Below are positions 46,901-55,725 of a stretch of 64,000 nucleotides of DNA, one piece after another. The notes under the pieces are model-generated. The model was not told the DNA's origin, made no database searches, and saw only the letters and a program-made list of their open reading frames with translations. Positions within the stretch are counted from its first letter, which is position 1; every line of letters begins with the position of its first letter. Source of the stretch: a bacterium (GTDB taxonomy: Bacteria; UBA8248); assembly GCA_965204535.1 (NCBI GenBank), contig CBDBEV010000001.1, positions 1,504,001-1,568,000 of the forward strand. Direction: 5' to 3'. The position numbers and the translations under genes are program-made.

Positions 46901-47095
46901 GCACATAAGGAGCATGACGCATGGTTCATGTGGCTTGAGGAGAAATTGGCCAATATCGCAAGTCATTTAACTTCGCGCCCGAACGAGTGTTTGCGTTTCT
47001 TTTTGGATTGCCTTGATGAATTAGGGCGAACCTTGCCAGTAGACTCCTGGTTTCATATTCGATCGAGGTCTATAACGTCTGCTGGTATGGAATGA
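40904..47095 (+). CDS. Giant helical-repeat (TPR-like) protein with central PIN-like motifs; candidate defence protein
   Basis: About 2,060 aa, low GC; helical repeats, then GLDVTSIMVL..LDLL, YIDRLALTYL and LCIDDR acidic motifs. Alternative GTG start at 40874. Confidence 0.7.
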   Translation: MPDPSLSHLASLLRPVVQLIMSRVARLHAEHQAGQMPTGVSSNLLEKTLNETLHRLRGGNVEDSWWRNILDRIGQEYIAPEFLKKPALQEWLAEERVSDNLKALASAQIMSSNANDVETRSHLAQSYSEQTGETLQFADGPIDIVVAVLVAGYIASIPPDQHPVAGMVQEVAKQVSGVSEQLHEIRSLPVTDPITQQAHTEKATQELDKILILRAFNPPRARQNIQNLLGRVDDEGDLLAASNPVKNLILYWAARLFASKAETLEIARHLRNELQQTDLDMEISIVDALISAEEGNDEEALRLLRDHDDPDFRTVFFSVLSQFRGESDALNWFQQQDDCNNPQFFTAVGWRNWALCMAKERRWEEVCQRLINFESFWPKMPALAVIEGVINAALLLPEDYREKTLETVPIFQGVSSHLVAQTENYHSRATICFEFADKNLQDIADHDLRRFISDWRLWLRLMDPNETNANDTRAEIRQNMEEGAKAVELILFAWTFDIPFNVEPLKQYLEERKQFGGLNEHEFLAQGLLFERSMSPRDFVIYLEQYGPQLSKVMHPALVVTMHIDALARDGQIAKARTLIAENAAELGDEYSSRLNAMVNIEEGDDPREQLEHLYRKNRRLIDLKNFVSYLKTVNDSAALRPLVRKLFELERNLVNALDVVTTLSSPLFDFAAIIEFLQANPDILEQSDDLKEAKAWALFHAGRLHESREINDILIRQRINQNVLRLDINIAICSGDWERIAAIIDREWDRQDSHDSKTLMYLARLAGQRGQVPDRALQLARLATEKAQDQPDILAAAYWLHFQLGRDDEADPSWLARASELSSPDEGPLQRVNLEDLVTEWIPKREEYVRELEQKWLKGEIPIVLAASGFNMPLSRLLLHLPDQNTKESDGRRRALLPIIAGLRNPIELGDKWTIGLDVTSIMVLAHLDLLKTAVDACHHIKLSPDIMEHLLRERDAVRFHQPSLIEAAKQVWRLQNQGRLRAADELAVPPQAMAEEVGLELASLFEIAKHDEGKVICVFPIHKVSSLMEQQADTTEYDDFILSTVDLCTLVYEEGQINEADYQRAKLFLNRQGQTEHWDPLFSNLNGPIYIDRLALTYLQNAKVLESIASLGLDIRIHPNVLQEMNALIETGNVGDNLMNEIEGIRNILRNALASGTASLLPRAADQNVRVQEHEFQFRAMESLLVGSTACDALCIDDRNINAYPVVDASIERQVSILCVLDKLRYLFSQGYISVDEHWAARHKLRWSGFVFIPLESDELVHWLMASNIHNGQLTESAELRVIRQSMARVDSLPTSKEVLPFSVSLQHTCKAAIERLWGNESLTIEQATILSNWVWRHLIKTTFWGCEQIKQDNPGDWLRKLISQRLGYLLLPTTIQSHEHHVNYTRWFDQTVIEFLRPANVDTIKQALKSTCDAISALENDRETYGFLFLGQLPESVRRVVLTQEPEFAKRCGFETRRVFSIGAEIKLADSELFVAAREVLAKNKESSIQDVSGKDVSIDLDVERKTIIVQWSDTEGVSRQVPIPDLTLLSPNREVRLNALRDIITRFGPTAEDFRYLLEEIDSHELNHQELSAILDESTNGVAAIHANLTKKINDGFSVSVADIIPQSISYFERFAGPNPLKRKPEAYFEEVLVPYRKELLSRDLRAGLDICCLGALRDDLTPGQWVVDIDNDTLWDALCAFNVKTNPFSLLGALDVALYRLDDPRFRKFSAEAVTKLSDESCGQSDDPDSYKLIQIFFNFVFNAINLLENGANFPGYWKRLSAWMQAGQIVKAMTESSVSVDINDLERWAHSNITPAGVFALLLDARKEPMLSANIVTPSALRKEIFGRLLTLKSRHESEGRQIPGAEDINRAIDQAEIRGERPILILPGPLEGHRRPTEPIPLEGTEKLKETLPDGNDPLFLQQLAVFAQFFALGESELERARESVKAITKNILDADPHGNLSCLEFASTVAATNRDTMLADEIADAVVRIASGISEAKDIQVILRIILHAAVAHKEHDAWFMWLEEKLANIASHLTSRPNECLRFFLDCLDELGRTLPVDSWFHIRSRSITSAGME

Positions 47096-47183
47096 AAAAG
47101 GCCAGGGGTGCCAGCCCATTGAATAGGAAAATGCGGATTTCAGATTTTCTGATTTCACAACACTTTTGCTCAATAATGACATC

Positions 47184-49685
47184 CTAGCTGAGCCTTTTTA
47201 GTTTAGCTCGGTATTTTATGTTTAGTAATGAACATACCGCCTGTTCCATTGAGACGGAAACCCGGTGAGTGTTTAAGTAGCGTTGTGTCCTGTGGGAGAT
47301 CACTTTCCGGAAAAATGGATAACGGTGCTCATCCCAAAGAGACTTAAGTTTTTTTCGGTCGTTATCTGAAAATTCTTGGATAGTATCCAACCGTAAGAAG
47401 TATTCGATAAGCTCGTAGGCTGGCGTATTTTTTCGGCTAACAACTTCCTCAACTAGCGAACGAATTTCAGGCTTATTCAACGCATCAACTATTTTTTCGA
47501 TATTATTCATCGTCCAAAGAAAAGAAATAATCCGAAGAGTCCGTTTTATCTCATTTAGGCTATATTTCTGATTCTTTTCATGAACAAAGACCGCTAAATC
47601 GTTCATTTCCTTTTGATGCCCCAAGATCAAGCGGACTAATCTCAATCCTCCATCTGCGATGGTCTCAATTATTTCAAGTATCTTCTTACGTTCTAGACTG
47701 CCGTACTTGTTTCTCAAAATTTGCCCTAATATTTCGCTATTCTTCATGATTCTATAGGCGTCATTCTCGGAATGAACTAATTCCTCGCCATCATCATTGT
47801 TGAATTCACTACGCTCTTTGAGTTCGCGTCTATCCCTTTTATTTCTCTCTTTTTCTCTTTCAGACTCGACAGTGTCGTTGGAGAGAATTTCGGAAGGTAT
47901 GGCTGTTACAATCTCTTCAAATATCTCAGCTTCTTGGCGGTCTAATTCTGATGGTTCTATAGTATCTAAAGCACATATAGTGCGAAGCAAAATGTCATCG
48001 ATGATTGCATTATCGCTTGTGTGATGAATGGTGAATATCAATGTTAGACAATTAGATGTAACGTAACTTTGCTCGACCATTCTTTCTATATGTTTTTGGT
48101 GTTTTTTACCGTTCTTAGCCAGCAATTTCCCCAAGAAAAAATAATACATATAGGGGTTCTTAAACTGATACATCTGGGAGGGATCAAACTGGTTGGTCCT
48201 AGTTACTAGTCCATAATCCTGATCATACAGCCTACTCAATGTTGATTCCTTGATGATGTATTGTGTCTTATATTCTCTTATAAATTCCTCAAACGAATCC
48301 GAATCTATGCTATGCGCGCTAGATCCACTACAGTGTATTTTAAACGCTAATTTTTCCAAAAAATTCAGACAAGCGTTTATCTCATCATCAGCATTTGAAA
48401 TACCAGACTTCATTAGATGAGCAATGATTAAGACATAATAGCAATGCCCATATGAAGTGACGGATAAATCGCTGGGCATAAATCCTTCATAAGTTTGTAA
48501 AATAGATAGAACATAAAATGGATATCGCGGGAGAATTCTATTGTTAATTATGACATCGTTTACTTGATTCTCGATTTCATCCACTCGACCGTCTGGGATT
48601 GGCACATCCTGACCTGATAACTCTAGCCTTTTGCGGATTAGTTGTTCTTGTTTAGTGTGGGTAAGGGGGAAAATTCTTACCTCACTAAACCGCGCCAAAC
48701 GTTCATCGTCTCTAAAATAAGCATAAAAAATGTCAGAGGGCGCGGTAACTATTAATTGCTCAAAGTGTTCCATCGCCAAGAGCAAATAATCAATTGCATG
48801 AGGTGTGCTAGATAAGTTGTCAAGAAGTATTGTCTTGCCAAGCTGTTTTTCCCACAATGAGTAATCGCCATTAAATTGGCTTTGATAAACGTCTCGAAAA
48901 ATATCCGGACTCGCTTTTCGAACCATTGAGCTCAGGTCCATAAACATTACAGGTTTAGCGTCTTCTACTAATGAAAAAAATAGATGACGACACAAAGCGG
49001 TCTTGCCACTTAATTCATCTCCATGGATTAAGATGTATTTGTCTTTTAGCAGTTGCTGTGTATCTTTGATTGTTCTTTCTAACTTCGTTTCGTCATCCGT
49101 TGTGGTATATAGTGCCAAACTGGGAAAGACAAAGATACTTTTTAAGCTGATGTGTTCTTGAGAGATGAAATCCGTTTTTTCCATCTCTTTTCCGAACTCC
49201 GCCTTCAGAGTAAAGGTTTCCCTAAATGCTTCAAGCAAGCGCTTCAATCCCTCGTAAACCTGCTGCCAAGCTGTTTCTTCGTCGCTAAAATTTTTTAGGG
49301 GCTTGCCGTCTCTCGGGAGTGCTTTCAGTTGAGACATGCTTTCCATGTCTTTCCATGAGCACTCCGATAGAATTATAGGAACTCGAATGATGGGCTGTTT
49401 TTCATCTGCCATTTCACAAGCGAACTCCCATTCCTTCCGGCATTCTTCAGATGCGATAAAATCCTGACTGAGCAAGAATACAAAAATCTGTGTTTTCTGC
49501 ATCTGCTCTCTGATCTTATTCGAGATATTTTGTCCGGGAAGAATTTCTTGGTCAGACCAGTCTCGGAGGATTCCGTCTTGCTCGCGTAGCAACGTTAATG
49601 CTCGTTCCATTTTTTCCCGATGCCGATTATCTTTATGACTATAACTGTAAAATAACTTGACAGTGAATTTTGATTGGGAACTCAC
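47184..49685 (-). CDS. TIR-domain plus STAND-like P-loop NTPase protein
   Basis: TIR: LFYSYSHKD, WSDQEILPG, FLLSQDFIASEECRKEW; Walker A HGDELSGKT; Walker B ILLDN; helical C-terminus. GTG 49685 has a GGAGG RBS. Confidence 0.85.
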   Translation of the reverse strand: MSSQSKFTVKLFYSYSHKDNRHREKMERALTLLREQDGILRDWSDQEILPGQNISNKIREQMQKTQIFVFLLSQDFIASEECRKEWEFACEMADEKQPIIRVPIILSECSWKDMESMSQLKALPRDGKPLKNFSDEETAWQQVYEGLKRLLEAFRETFTLKAEFGKEMEKTDFISQEHISLKSIFVFPSLALYTTTDDETKLERTIKDTQQLLKDKYILIHGDELSGKTALCRHLFFSLVEDAKPVMFMDLSSMVRKASPDIFRDVYQSQFNGDYSLWEKQLGKTILLDNLSSTPHAIDYLLLAMEHFEQLIVTAPSDIFYAYFRDDERLARFSEVRIFPLTHTKQEQLIRKRLELSGQDVPIPDGRVDEIENQVNDVIINNRILPRYPFYVLSILQTYEGFMPSDLSVTSYGHCYYVLIIAHLMKSGISNADDEINACLNFLEKLAFKIHCSGSSAHSIDSDSFEEFIREYKTQYIIKESTLSRLYDQDYGLVTRTNQFDPSQMYQFKNPYMYYFFLGKLLAKNGKKHQKHIERMVEQSYVTSNCLTLIFTIHHTSDNAIIDDILLRTICALDTIEPSELDRQEAEIFEEIVTAIPSEILSNDTVESEREKERNKRDRRELKERSEFNNDDGEELVHSENDAYRIMKNSEILGQILRNKYGSLERKKILEIIETIADGGLRLVRLILGHQKEMNDLAVFVHEKNQKYSLNEIKRTLRIISFLWTMNNIEKIVDALNKPEIRSLVEEVVSRKNTPAYELIEYFLRLDTIQEFSDNDRKKLKSLWDEHRYPFFRKVISHRTQRYLNTHRVSVSMEQAVCSLLNIKYRAKLKRLS

Positions 49686-50447
49686 CTTGTCCTGCCTCCG
49701 ATTGATGCGTGAACAATTCTTAGCCAATAGTTAAAAGTCTTTTATTGAGGTTTCCTCAATGGTACCTTGATAACACTTGCATGTTTAGACCATGACATTT
49801 CCGTCTCGCAAGGTTCATACTTTTTGAAACCTCTCTGCGGAAGAGTGGCGAGGGAGTGATTTTAGGCGGGCGTCAAATGCACATCTCCGCGTATATCATA
49901 TATACCCGCAGGGCGTAACCGTAGAGAATAAAATCGTTGTTCATCTCCAATTTTTCATCCCTAATGTTTAATACATCTTAAAAGACAAATTGGTATTTTG
50001 ATTACACTTTTGCTCGAATCAGCTTTCATTCTTTTCGGTCGCAGTCTCAAACGTGCAACGGAACGCCGCTTCGGATTGAGTTGGATAGAAAGGACGCAAG
50101 AGGATGCCGAAGCCTCTCACATCACCCCTGCGGAAGAGACACACTGGCGGTGTTGGGATTGATAGAGCACAGGGATATGGTGGCAGAGCAGGCAGGCTCG
50201 TTCAGCAGGGGGTATCGAAAATAGCAAAAGCGGAAATTAGATACCTAAATTGACGAAACAACTTCTCATCCCCCTGGTTTTTCTCGATATTTTATGTGCC
50301 TGGTATTTTCTTTGTGCGCTGCTCTGAATATCACTTTGACGATCCTTTTAGGATAAGCCGAAACAGGCCGGCAGTGTTCATGACTGAGCAACCAGACACT
50401 AAACCCTTGAACATGACGACGAATAATCGACGAGCATAGGGTTTGAA

Positions 50448-51704
50448 TTATGTGAACTTGAGGGCTTTTTCCATATCCACGTGTTCAAAAGCCGAAGCCA
50501 TGCGATCAATCTCGCGGGCATGAACCCCCAGGCGGGCCGCCTCCGGGCGCCAACCGGATATGGAACGCGCCACTTGCCCTGCAATGGACGACGCCTCCGC
50601 CGCCTGCAGACCGTAATACTCGGCCGTGCTCAGGGCCAGTTCGATCGAGGCCGTAGGGTCGTCGAGGTCAATGGCCGAAGAGAGCACGCGCGGACCCATA
50701 TCAATGGGAACGGGATTCAGGTCATAAGCAGGCGACAGTCGCCAGCCTCCGTGCCCCTCATACAGGAAGCCATGGTTCCGTAAATGGTCGTCCGTATTTG
50801 AAACAAGCACGTTGAACACGATACGCCGCCAAAGCTGCGCGAGGTCCTCTTTCGCCGCTGCTCCGTACCTCCGGAGAGCGTCGGCGACCTCCAGGTAGGA
50901 GCGCGTCTCGCGGTCGTTTGCTCCCAACATGCTCATGGCCGAGAGGAACGGGATGCGCCGTCCCGTTTCACGGTCGAATCGACGGATGAGGAGCACCGCC
51001 TGGCCGTTGACTCCTTCAACCCGCCATTCAGGGACGGGGATGCCGGCCTTGGTGGCCAGGGCCAGGGCGACGGCCTCCCAAAGAACGACGTCGACGTCGT
51101 CCTGCCTTTGGGGAAACTTGGCGAGAGCCAGGTGTCCATCATGGTCGCGAACGGATGCTTTCGGCCTTGCTCCGCCAAGGGAGGAGCCCGGCGCGAACAA
51201 CAATCTCAGGTCATCATCATCGTCTTCTTCGTCGGTCACTCTTTCGGCGGCGGAGAGAAGCCGGGGAAGCCGGACGAGTGGCGGGATGCGCGTTTCAGAG
51301 GCCGGGGCGAGGAACGGCCCGCCGGGTTCTTCGGTGAAGCGCAATGCGCCCTGGCGCGCCTCATCGTCCACGCGCAGCAGGAAGTCCACTTCGAACAGGG
51401 TGCGGGGCGTCTGCCCCTCTTGCTCGACGCGTCGGCGCTCTACGCGTCGCATGAGCATTCGACCCCACCGATCAGGGGCCGAGTCTCCGATGGCGCCGAA
51501 AAGTGCCTTTTCCGGCGGCGTGTGGAAAGGGCCGGGAGCAAGCGTCAAGGCCGGCTCGAGAGCGAAACGCTCGGGATGCTCCAGCCAGCCGGCGTCATAC
51601 TCGAAGGAGGCGCTTTCGCGGCCTCGACGTATGCGGGTCCATAGTCGTCCCACGAAGACAGGCGAGCCATGCAGGTCGATATGGACAAGGACCTCCCGCT
51701 CCAT
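50448..51704 (-). CDS. hipA: HipA-family Ser/Thr kinase toxin
   Basis: DSAPDRWGR, GSSLGGARPKA, RRFDR, NTDDHLRNHGFL, LSPAYDLNP. Confidence 0.95.
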   Translation of the reverse strand: MEREVLVHIDLHGSPVFVGRLWTRIRRGRESASFEYDAGWLEHPERFALEPALTLAPGPFHTPPEKALFGAIGDSAPDRWGRMLMRRVERRRVEQEGQTPRTLFEVDFLLRVDDEARQGALRFTEEPGGPFLAPASETRIPPLVRLPRLLSAAERVTDEEDDDDDLRLLFAPGSSLGGARPKASVRDHDGHLALAKFPQRQDDVDVVLWEAVALALATKAGIPVPEWRVEGVNGQAVLLIRRFDRETGRRIPFLSAMSMLGANDRETRSYLEVADALRRYGAAAKEDLAQLWRRIVFNVLVSNTDDHLRNHGFLYEGHGGWRLSPAYDLNPVPIDMGPRVLSSAIDLDDPTASIELALSTAEYYGLQAAEASSIAGQVARSISGWRPEAARLGVHAREIDRMASAFEHVDMEKALKFT

Positions 51705-52045
51705 TACACGCCGTCCCCGGGCTTGCCGGGACGAGGCGATCGAATGCGCTTGGGCAACAGCGCATCCTGAAGGCTCAACCCGACGGGGTCATACCTCGGG
51801 TCTGCGAGATCGGCGAACCGCTCGTTCATCCCGAGCACGAAGAGGACAGTGGCGTAAAAGCCGAGCGACACGCCCGGCTCGCCCTTTTCGATTTTGTTCA
51901 AGGTCATCCGGCTGATGAGCGCGCGTTCCGCCATCACCGTCGTCGGGATGCGGCGCCGCCGACGCGCATCACGAATCTCCGCACCGAGCTTTCTGAGTGC
52001 GCGGCGAACTGGAATCGGTAATGTGTTTTCGAATTTCCTGCGCAT
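51704..52045 (-). CDS. XRE-family HTH antitoxin (HipB-like)
   Basis: LGAEIRDARRRR, MAERALISRMTLNKIEKGEPGVS; its stop overlaps the hipA start. Confidence 0.88.
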   Translation of the reverse strand: MRRKFENTLPIPVRRALRKLGAEIRDARRRRRIPTTVMAERALISRMTLNKIEKGEPGVSLGFYATVLFVLGMNERFADLADPRYDPVGLSLQDALLPKRIRSPRPGKPGDGV

Positions 52046-52361
52046 ATGTCAACTCCTTAATGCATTATCTATTGTAGTGTATATTATAATAGACATTAAT
52101 TCAACCTTGCGCTTTCTCCGATTGCTATCAAACACCATTTCTCGCCCAGGGAGGTTCAGAACCTGCGGCGGGAAACGGGTAGACACTCATCCGTTTCGCT
52201 AAATGTCCGGGTCCTTATTGGCCATAGTCCTATGCGGGAGGGCAGGGCGAGATGTATCGCTGGCGTCAGCCCGGATTTTTGGGGAATCCACCGGAATCCA
52301 GATTCCATTGTGCTTTGGGCCAATTAGGCTTAAAGTGGATAGAGCATTGGCGGGGAGTCGC

Positions 52362-52559
52362 ATAAAGGCCCTGAACGCGAAAGACGTGCAGTACGGCTTC
52401 GGCTGGCTGCTCGACCTGGCCCGCGCCGAACCGGTGACGGTCGCCAAACATGGGCGGCCAGTTGTCGTGGTGATGGCGGTGGGAGAGTACGAGCGGCTGA
52501 AGGTTTTTGAGACAGGCCACGTCGATAGCCGTCCAAGCACGACCGGGAAGGCAGAATGA
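52362..52559 (+). pseudogene. Phd/YefM-family antitoxin, orphan, probable start-codon loss (ATA)
   Basis: (I)KALNAKDVQYGFGWLLDLARAEPVTVAKHGRPVVVVMAVGEYERL; GGGGAG RBS precedes ATA at 52362; no toxin follows. Confidence 0.65.
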
Positions 52560-52699
52560 TGGATCAAGCCATCCACAACAAGATCGTCTCCTTCATCCGC
52601 GGCATCGAAACCAACCTCGTCTCGCGATCCTATGTTACACCGGACAGTCGAACGCTTTCAGCAGACACCAAAAAAAGTGAGTCCCCGCGATGGCGGTAA
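52556..52699 (+). pseudogene. N-terminal remnant of a different type I hsdM gene
   Basis: MMDQAIHNKIVSFIRGI resembles the HsdM start MDQxxHNKIVSFIWxIADD; similarity is lost after about 17 codons. Confidence 0.55.
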
Positions 52700-55600
52700 T
52701 CACACCCGAACGTGATCTTGAAGAGTCCCTTGTCACGAAGCTACGAGACCTCAAGTACGAATATTGCCCGGACATCCACGATCGAGCAACGCTTGAAGCA
52801 AACTTCAGGGATAAGTTCGAAGCCCTGAATCGTGTCACACTCACCGACAGCGAGTTCCAGCGACTACTTGATGAGATCGTCACACCCGACGTGTACGAAG
52901 CCGCACGCTCCCTCAGGAACCGGGAAACGTTCATCCGCGACGACGGCACGCCGCTCAACTACACCCTCGTAAACATCAAGGACTGGTGCAAGAACCACTT
53001 CGAGGTCGTCAATCAGCTCCGCATCAATACGGACAACAGCCATCACCGCTACGACGTCATACTCCTGATCAACGGCGTTCCCGTCGTACAGATCGAGCTG
53101 AAGACGCTTGGGATCAGCCCGCGGCGGGCGATGCAGCAAATTGTCGACTACAAGAACGACCCCGGGAACGGATACACCAGGACGCTTCTCTGCTTCATCC
53201 AGCTCTTCATCGTCAGCAACCGCACGGATACGCAGTATTTCGCCAACAACAACGCGCGGCACTTCGCTTTCGACGCTGACGAGCGGTTCCTTCCGATCTA
53301 CCGGTTCGCGGACGAGGACAACAAGAAGATTGCCCACCTGAACGACTTCGCCGACCGGTTCCTCGCCAAGTGCACGCTTGCTCACATGATCAGCAAGTAC
53401 ATGGTCCTCATCGAGAGCGAGCAGAAGCTCCTGATGATGCGCCCGTACCAAATCTACGCCGTCAAGGCCATCGTCGACTGCATCGATGAGAACCGCGGCA
53501 ACGGCTATATCTGGCACACGACGGGCTCGGGCAAGACGCTCACCTCCTTCAAGGCCTCGACGCTACTCAAGAGCAACGAGAGCATCCACAAATGCCTGTT
53601 CGTCGTCGACCGCAAGGACCTCGATCGCCAGACCCGCGAGGAGTTCAACCGGTTCCAGGAGAACTGCGTCGAGGAAAACACCAACACCGCCGCGCTCGTC
53701 CGCCGCCTCCAGTCCGACGACTACGCGGACAAAGTCATCGTTACGACCATCCAGAAGCTCGGGCTCGCCCTCGACGAGAACAGCAGGCAAAACAAGCAGA
53801 ACACCGCTCAGGGGCGGTCGACGTTCAAGGAGCGCCTCGATCACCTTCGCGACAAGCGGATGGTCTTCATCTTCGACGAGTGCCACCGCTCGCAGTTCGG
53901 TGAGAACCACCGGGCCATCAAGGAGTTCTTCCCGAACTCCCAGCTCTTCGGCTTCACCGGCACCCCGATCTTCGAGGACAACGCGACCGTCAGGCGGATC
54001 GAGGGAGACGCCGCCACCCTTGGAACCACCAGGGACCTCTTCCAGAAAAATCTCCACGCCTACACCATCACCCACGCGATCGAGGATGGGAACGTCCTCC
54101 GCTTCCACGTCGATTACTACCAGCCCAAGGACGGCCCGGCCCGCAAGCGCGGCCAGCCTCTCACCAAGCAGGCGATCGCCCAGGCTATCCTGGACAAGCA
54201 CGATGCCGCGACCGGCGACCGACGCTTCAACGCGTTGCTCGCTACCGCCTCGATCAACGACGCCATCGAGTACCATGACGTTTTCAGGACGCTCCAGGCC
54301 GAGCGTCAGGCCGCCGACCCCGAGTTCGTCCCTCTCAAGCTCGCCGCCGTTTTCTCGCCGCCCGCGGAAGGCAACAGGGACGTCCAGCAGATCCAGGAGG
54401 ACCTTCCCCAGGAGAAGGAGGACAACCAGCACGACCCCGAGGGCAAGAAGACCGCGCTCAAGGCCATCATCGCCGACTACAACCAGCAGTATGGCACCAA
54501 CCACGACATTAACGACTTCGACCTCTACTACCAGGACGTCCAGCAGCGTATCAAGGTTCAGCGGTTCCCCAGTCGCGACCTGCCCGGCAAGGGCCAGGAA
54601 AAGATTGACATCACCATCGTGGTCGACATGCTCCTCACCGGCTTCGATGCCGCGTTCCTCAACACGCTCTACGTCGACAAGAATCTCAGGCACCACGGGC
54701 TGATCCAGGCCTTTTCCCGCACCAACCGCGTTCTCAATGCGACCAAGCCCTACGGCAACATCCTCGATTTCCGCCAGCAACAGGACATGGTCGACGCCGC
54801 CATCGCTCTCTTCTCCGGTGCGCAGCCCGACCAGGCCCGCGAGATCTGGCTGGTCGACAAGGCGCCCACGGTCATCGACAACTTCAAGCAAGCAGTCGAC
54901 GACCTCGGTCGGTTCATGCAGTCGCAGGGCCTCGAAGCAAAGCCCGACCAGGTGAACAACCTGATGGGCGACGACGCCCGCGCCCAGTTCATCAATCGGT
55001 TCAAGGAGGTCCAGCGGCTCCAGACACAGCTCGACCAGTACACCGACCTCACCGACGCGCAGCACGAGCAGATCGAGCAGACCCTCCCCAAGGACGACCT
55101 CCGCGCCTTCCGCGGCGCCTACCTGGAAGCCGCGCAGCGTCTCAAAGAGCAGCAGGGCACGCCCGGAAAAGACGGCGAGCCGGCCATTCCCGAGATCGAT
55201 CAGCTCGACTTCGAGTTCGTCCTCTTCGCCTCCGCCCTCATTGACTACGACTACATCATGAAGCTGATCGTCAGGTACTCGGGGCAGGATCCCAAGAAGC
55301 TGACGATCAGCCGCGAGCAGCTCATCGGCCTGATCCAGTCCGACGCCAAGTTCCTCGACGAGCGGGAGGAGATCGCCGAATACGTCCGCTCGCTCACCGA
55401 GGGCGAAGGCCTCGACGAGGCCGCGATCCGCGCCGACTACGCGCAGTTCAAGGCCGCGAAGCAAGCCGAGCAGATCGCCGATCTTGCCCGGACCCACGGG
55501 CTGATGACCGAGTCGCTCGCGACTTTCGTCGATAACATCCTGAAGCGCATGATCTTCGACGGCGAGGAGCTTACTGACCTGATGGAGCCGCTCAACCTCG

Positions 55601-55725
55601 GCTGGCGCGAGCGCCGCGAGCGGGAGCTCGCCCTCATGGCCGATCTAGTCCCGCTCCTGAACAAGCGGGCGGACGGCCGGGACATCTCGGGCCTCAACGC
55701 CTACGAGGACGGGGGCGCGGGATGA
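52690..55725 (+). CDS. hsdR: Type I restriction endonuclease subunit R
   Basis: RYDVILLINGVPVVQIELK, WHTTGSGKT, FDECHRSQ, FGFTGTP, MLLTGFD, QAFSRTNR. Confidence 0.97.
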   Translation: MAVITPERDLEESLVTKLRDLKYEYCPDIHDRATLEANFRDKFEALNRVTLTDSEFQRLLDEIVTPDVYEAARSLRNRETFIRDDGTPLNYTLVNIKDWCKNHFEVVNQLRINTDNSHHRYDVILLINGVPVVQIELKTLGISPRRAMQQIVDYKNDPGNGYTRTLLCFIQLFIVSNRTDTQYFANNNARHFAFDADERFLPIYRFADEDNKKIAHLNDFADRFLAKCTLAHMISKYMVLIESEQKLLMMRPYQIYAVKAIVDCIDENRGNGYIWHTTGSGKTLTSFKASTLLKSNESIHKCLFVVDRKDLDRQTREEFNRFQENCVEENTNTAALVRRLQSDDYADKVIVTTIQKLGLALDENSRQNKQNTAQGRSTFKERLDHLRDKRMVFIFDECHRSQFGENHRAIKEFFPNSQLFGFTGTPIFEDNATVRRIEGDAATLGTTRDLFQKNLHAYTITHAIEDGNVLRFHVDYYQPKDGPARKRGQPLTKQAIAQAILDKHDAATGDRRFNALLATASINDAIEYHDVFRTLQAERQAADPEFVPLKLAAVFSPPAEGNRDVQQIQEDLPQEKEDNQHDPEGKKTALKAIIADYNQQYGTNHDINDFDLYYQDVQQRIKVQRFPSRDLPGKGQEKIDITIVVDMLLTGFDAAFLNTLYVDKNLRHHGLIQAFSRTNRVLNATKPYGNILDFRQQQDMVDAAIALFSGAQPDQAREIWLVDKAPTVIDNFKQAVDDLGRFMQSQGLEAKPDQVNNLMGDDARAQFINRFKEVQRLQTQLDQYTDLTDAQHEQIEQTLPKDDLRAFRGAYLEAAQRLKEQQGTPGKDGEPAIPEIDQLDFEFVLFASALIDYDYIMKLIVRYSGQDPKKLTISREQLIGLIQSDAKFLDEREEIAEYVRSLTEGEGLDEAAIRADYAQFKAAKQAEQIADLARTHGLMTESLATFVDNILKRMIFDGEELTDLMEPLNLGWRERRERELALMADLVPLLNKRADGRDISGLNAYEDGGAG

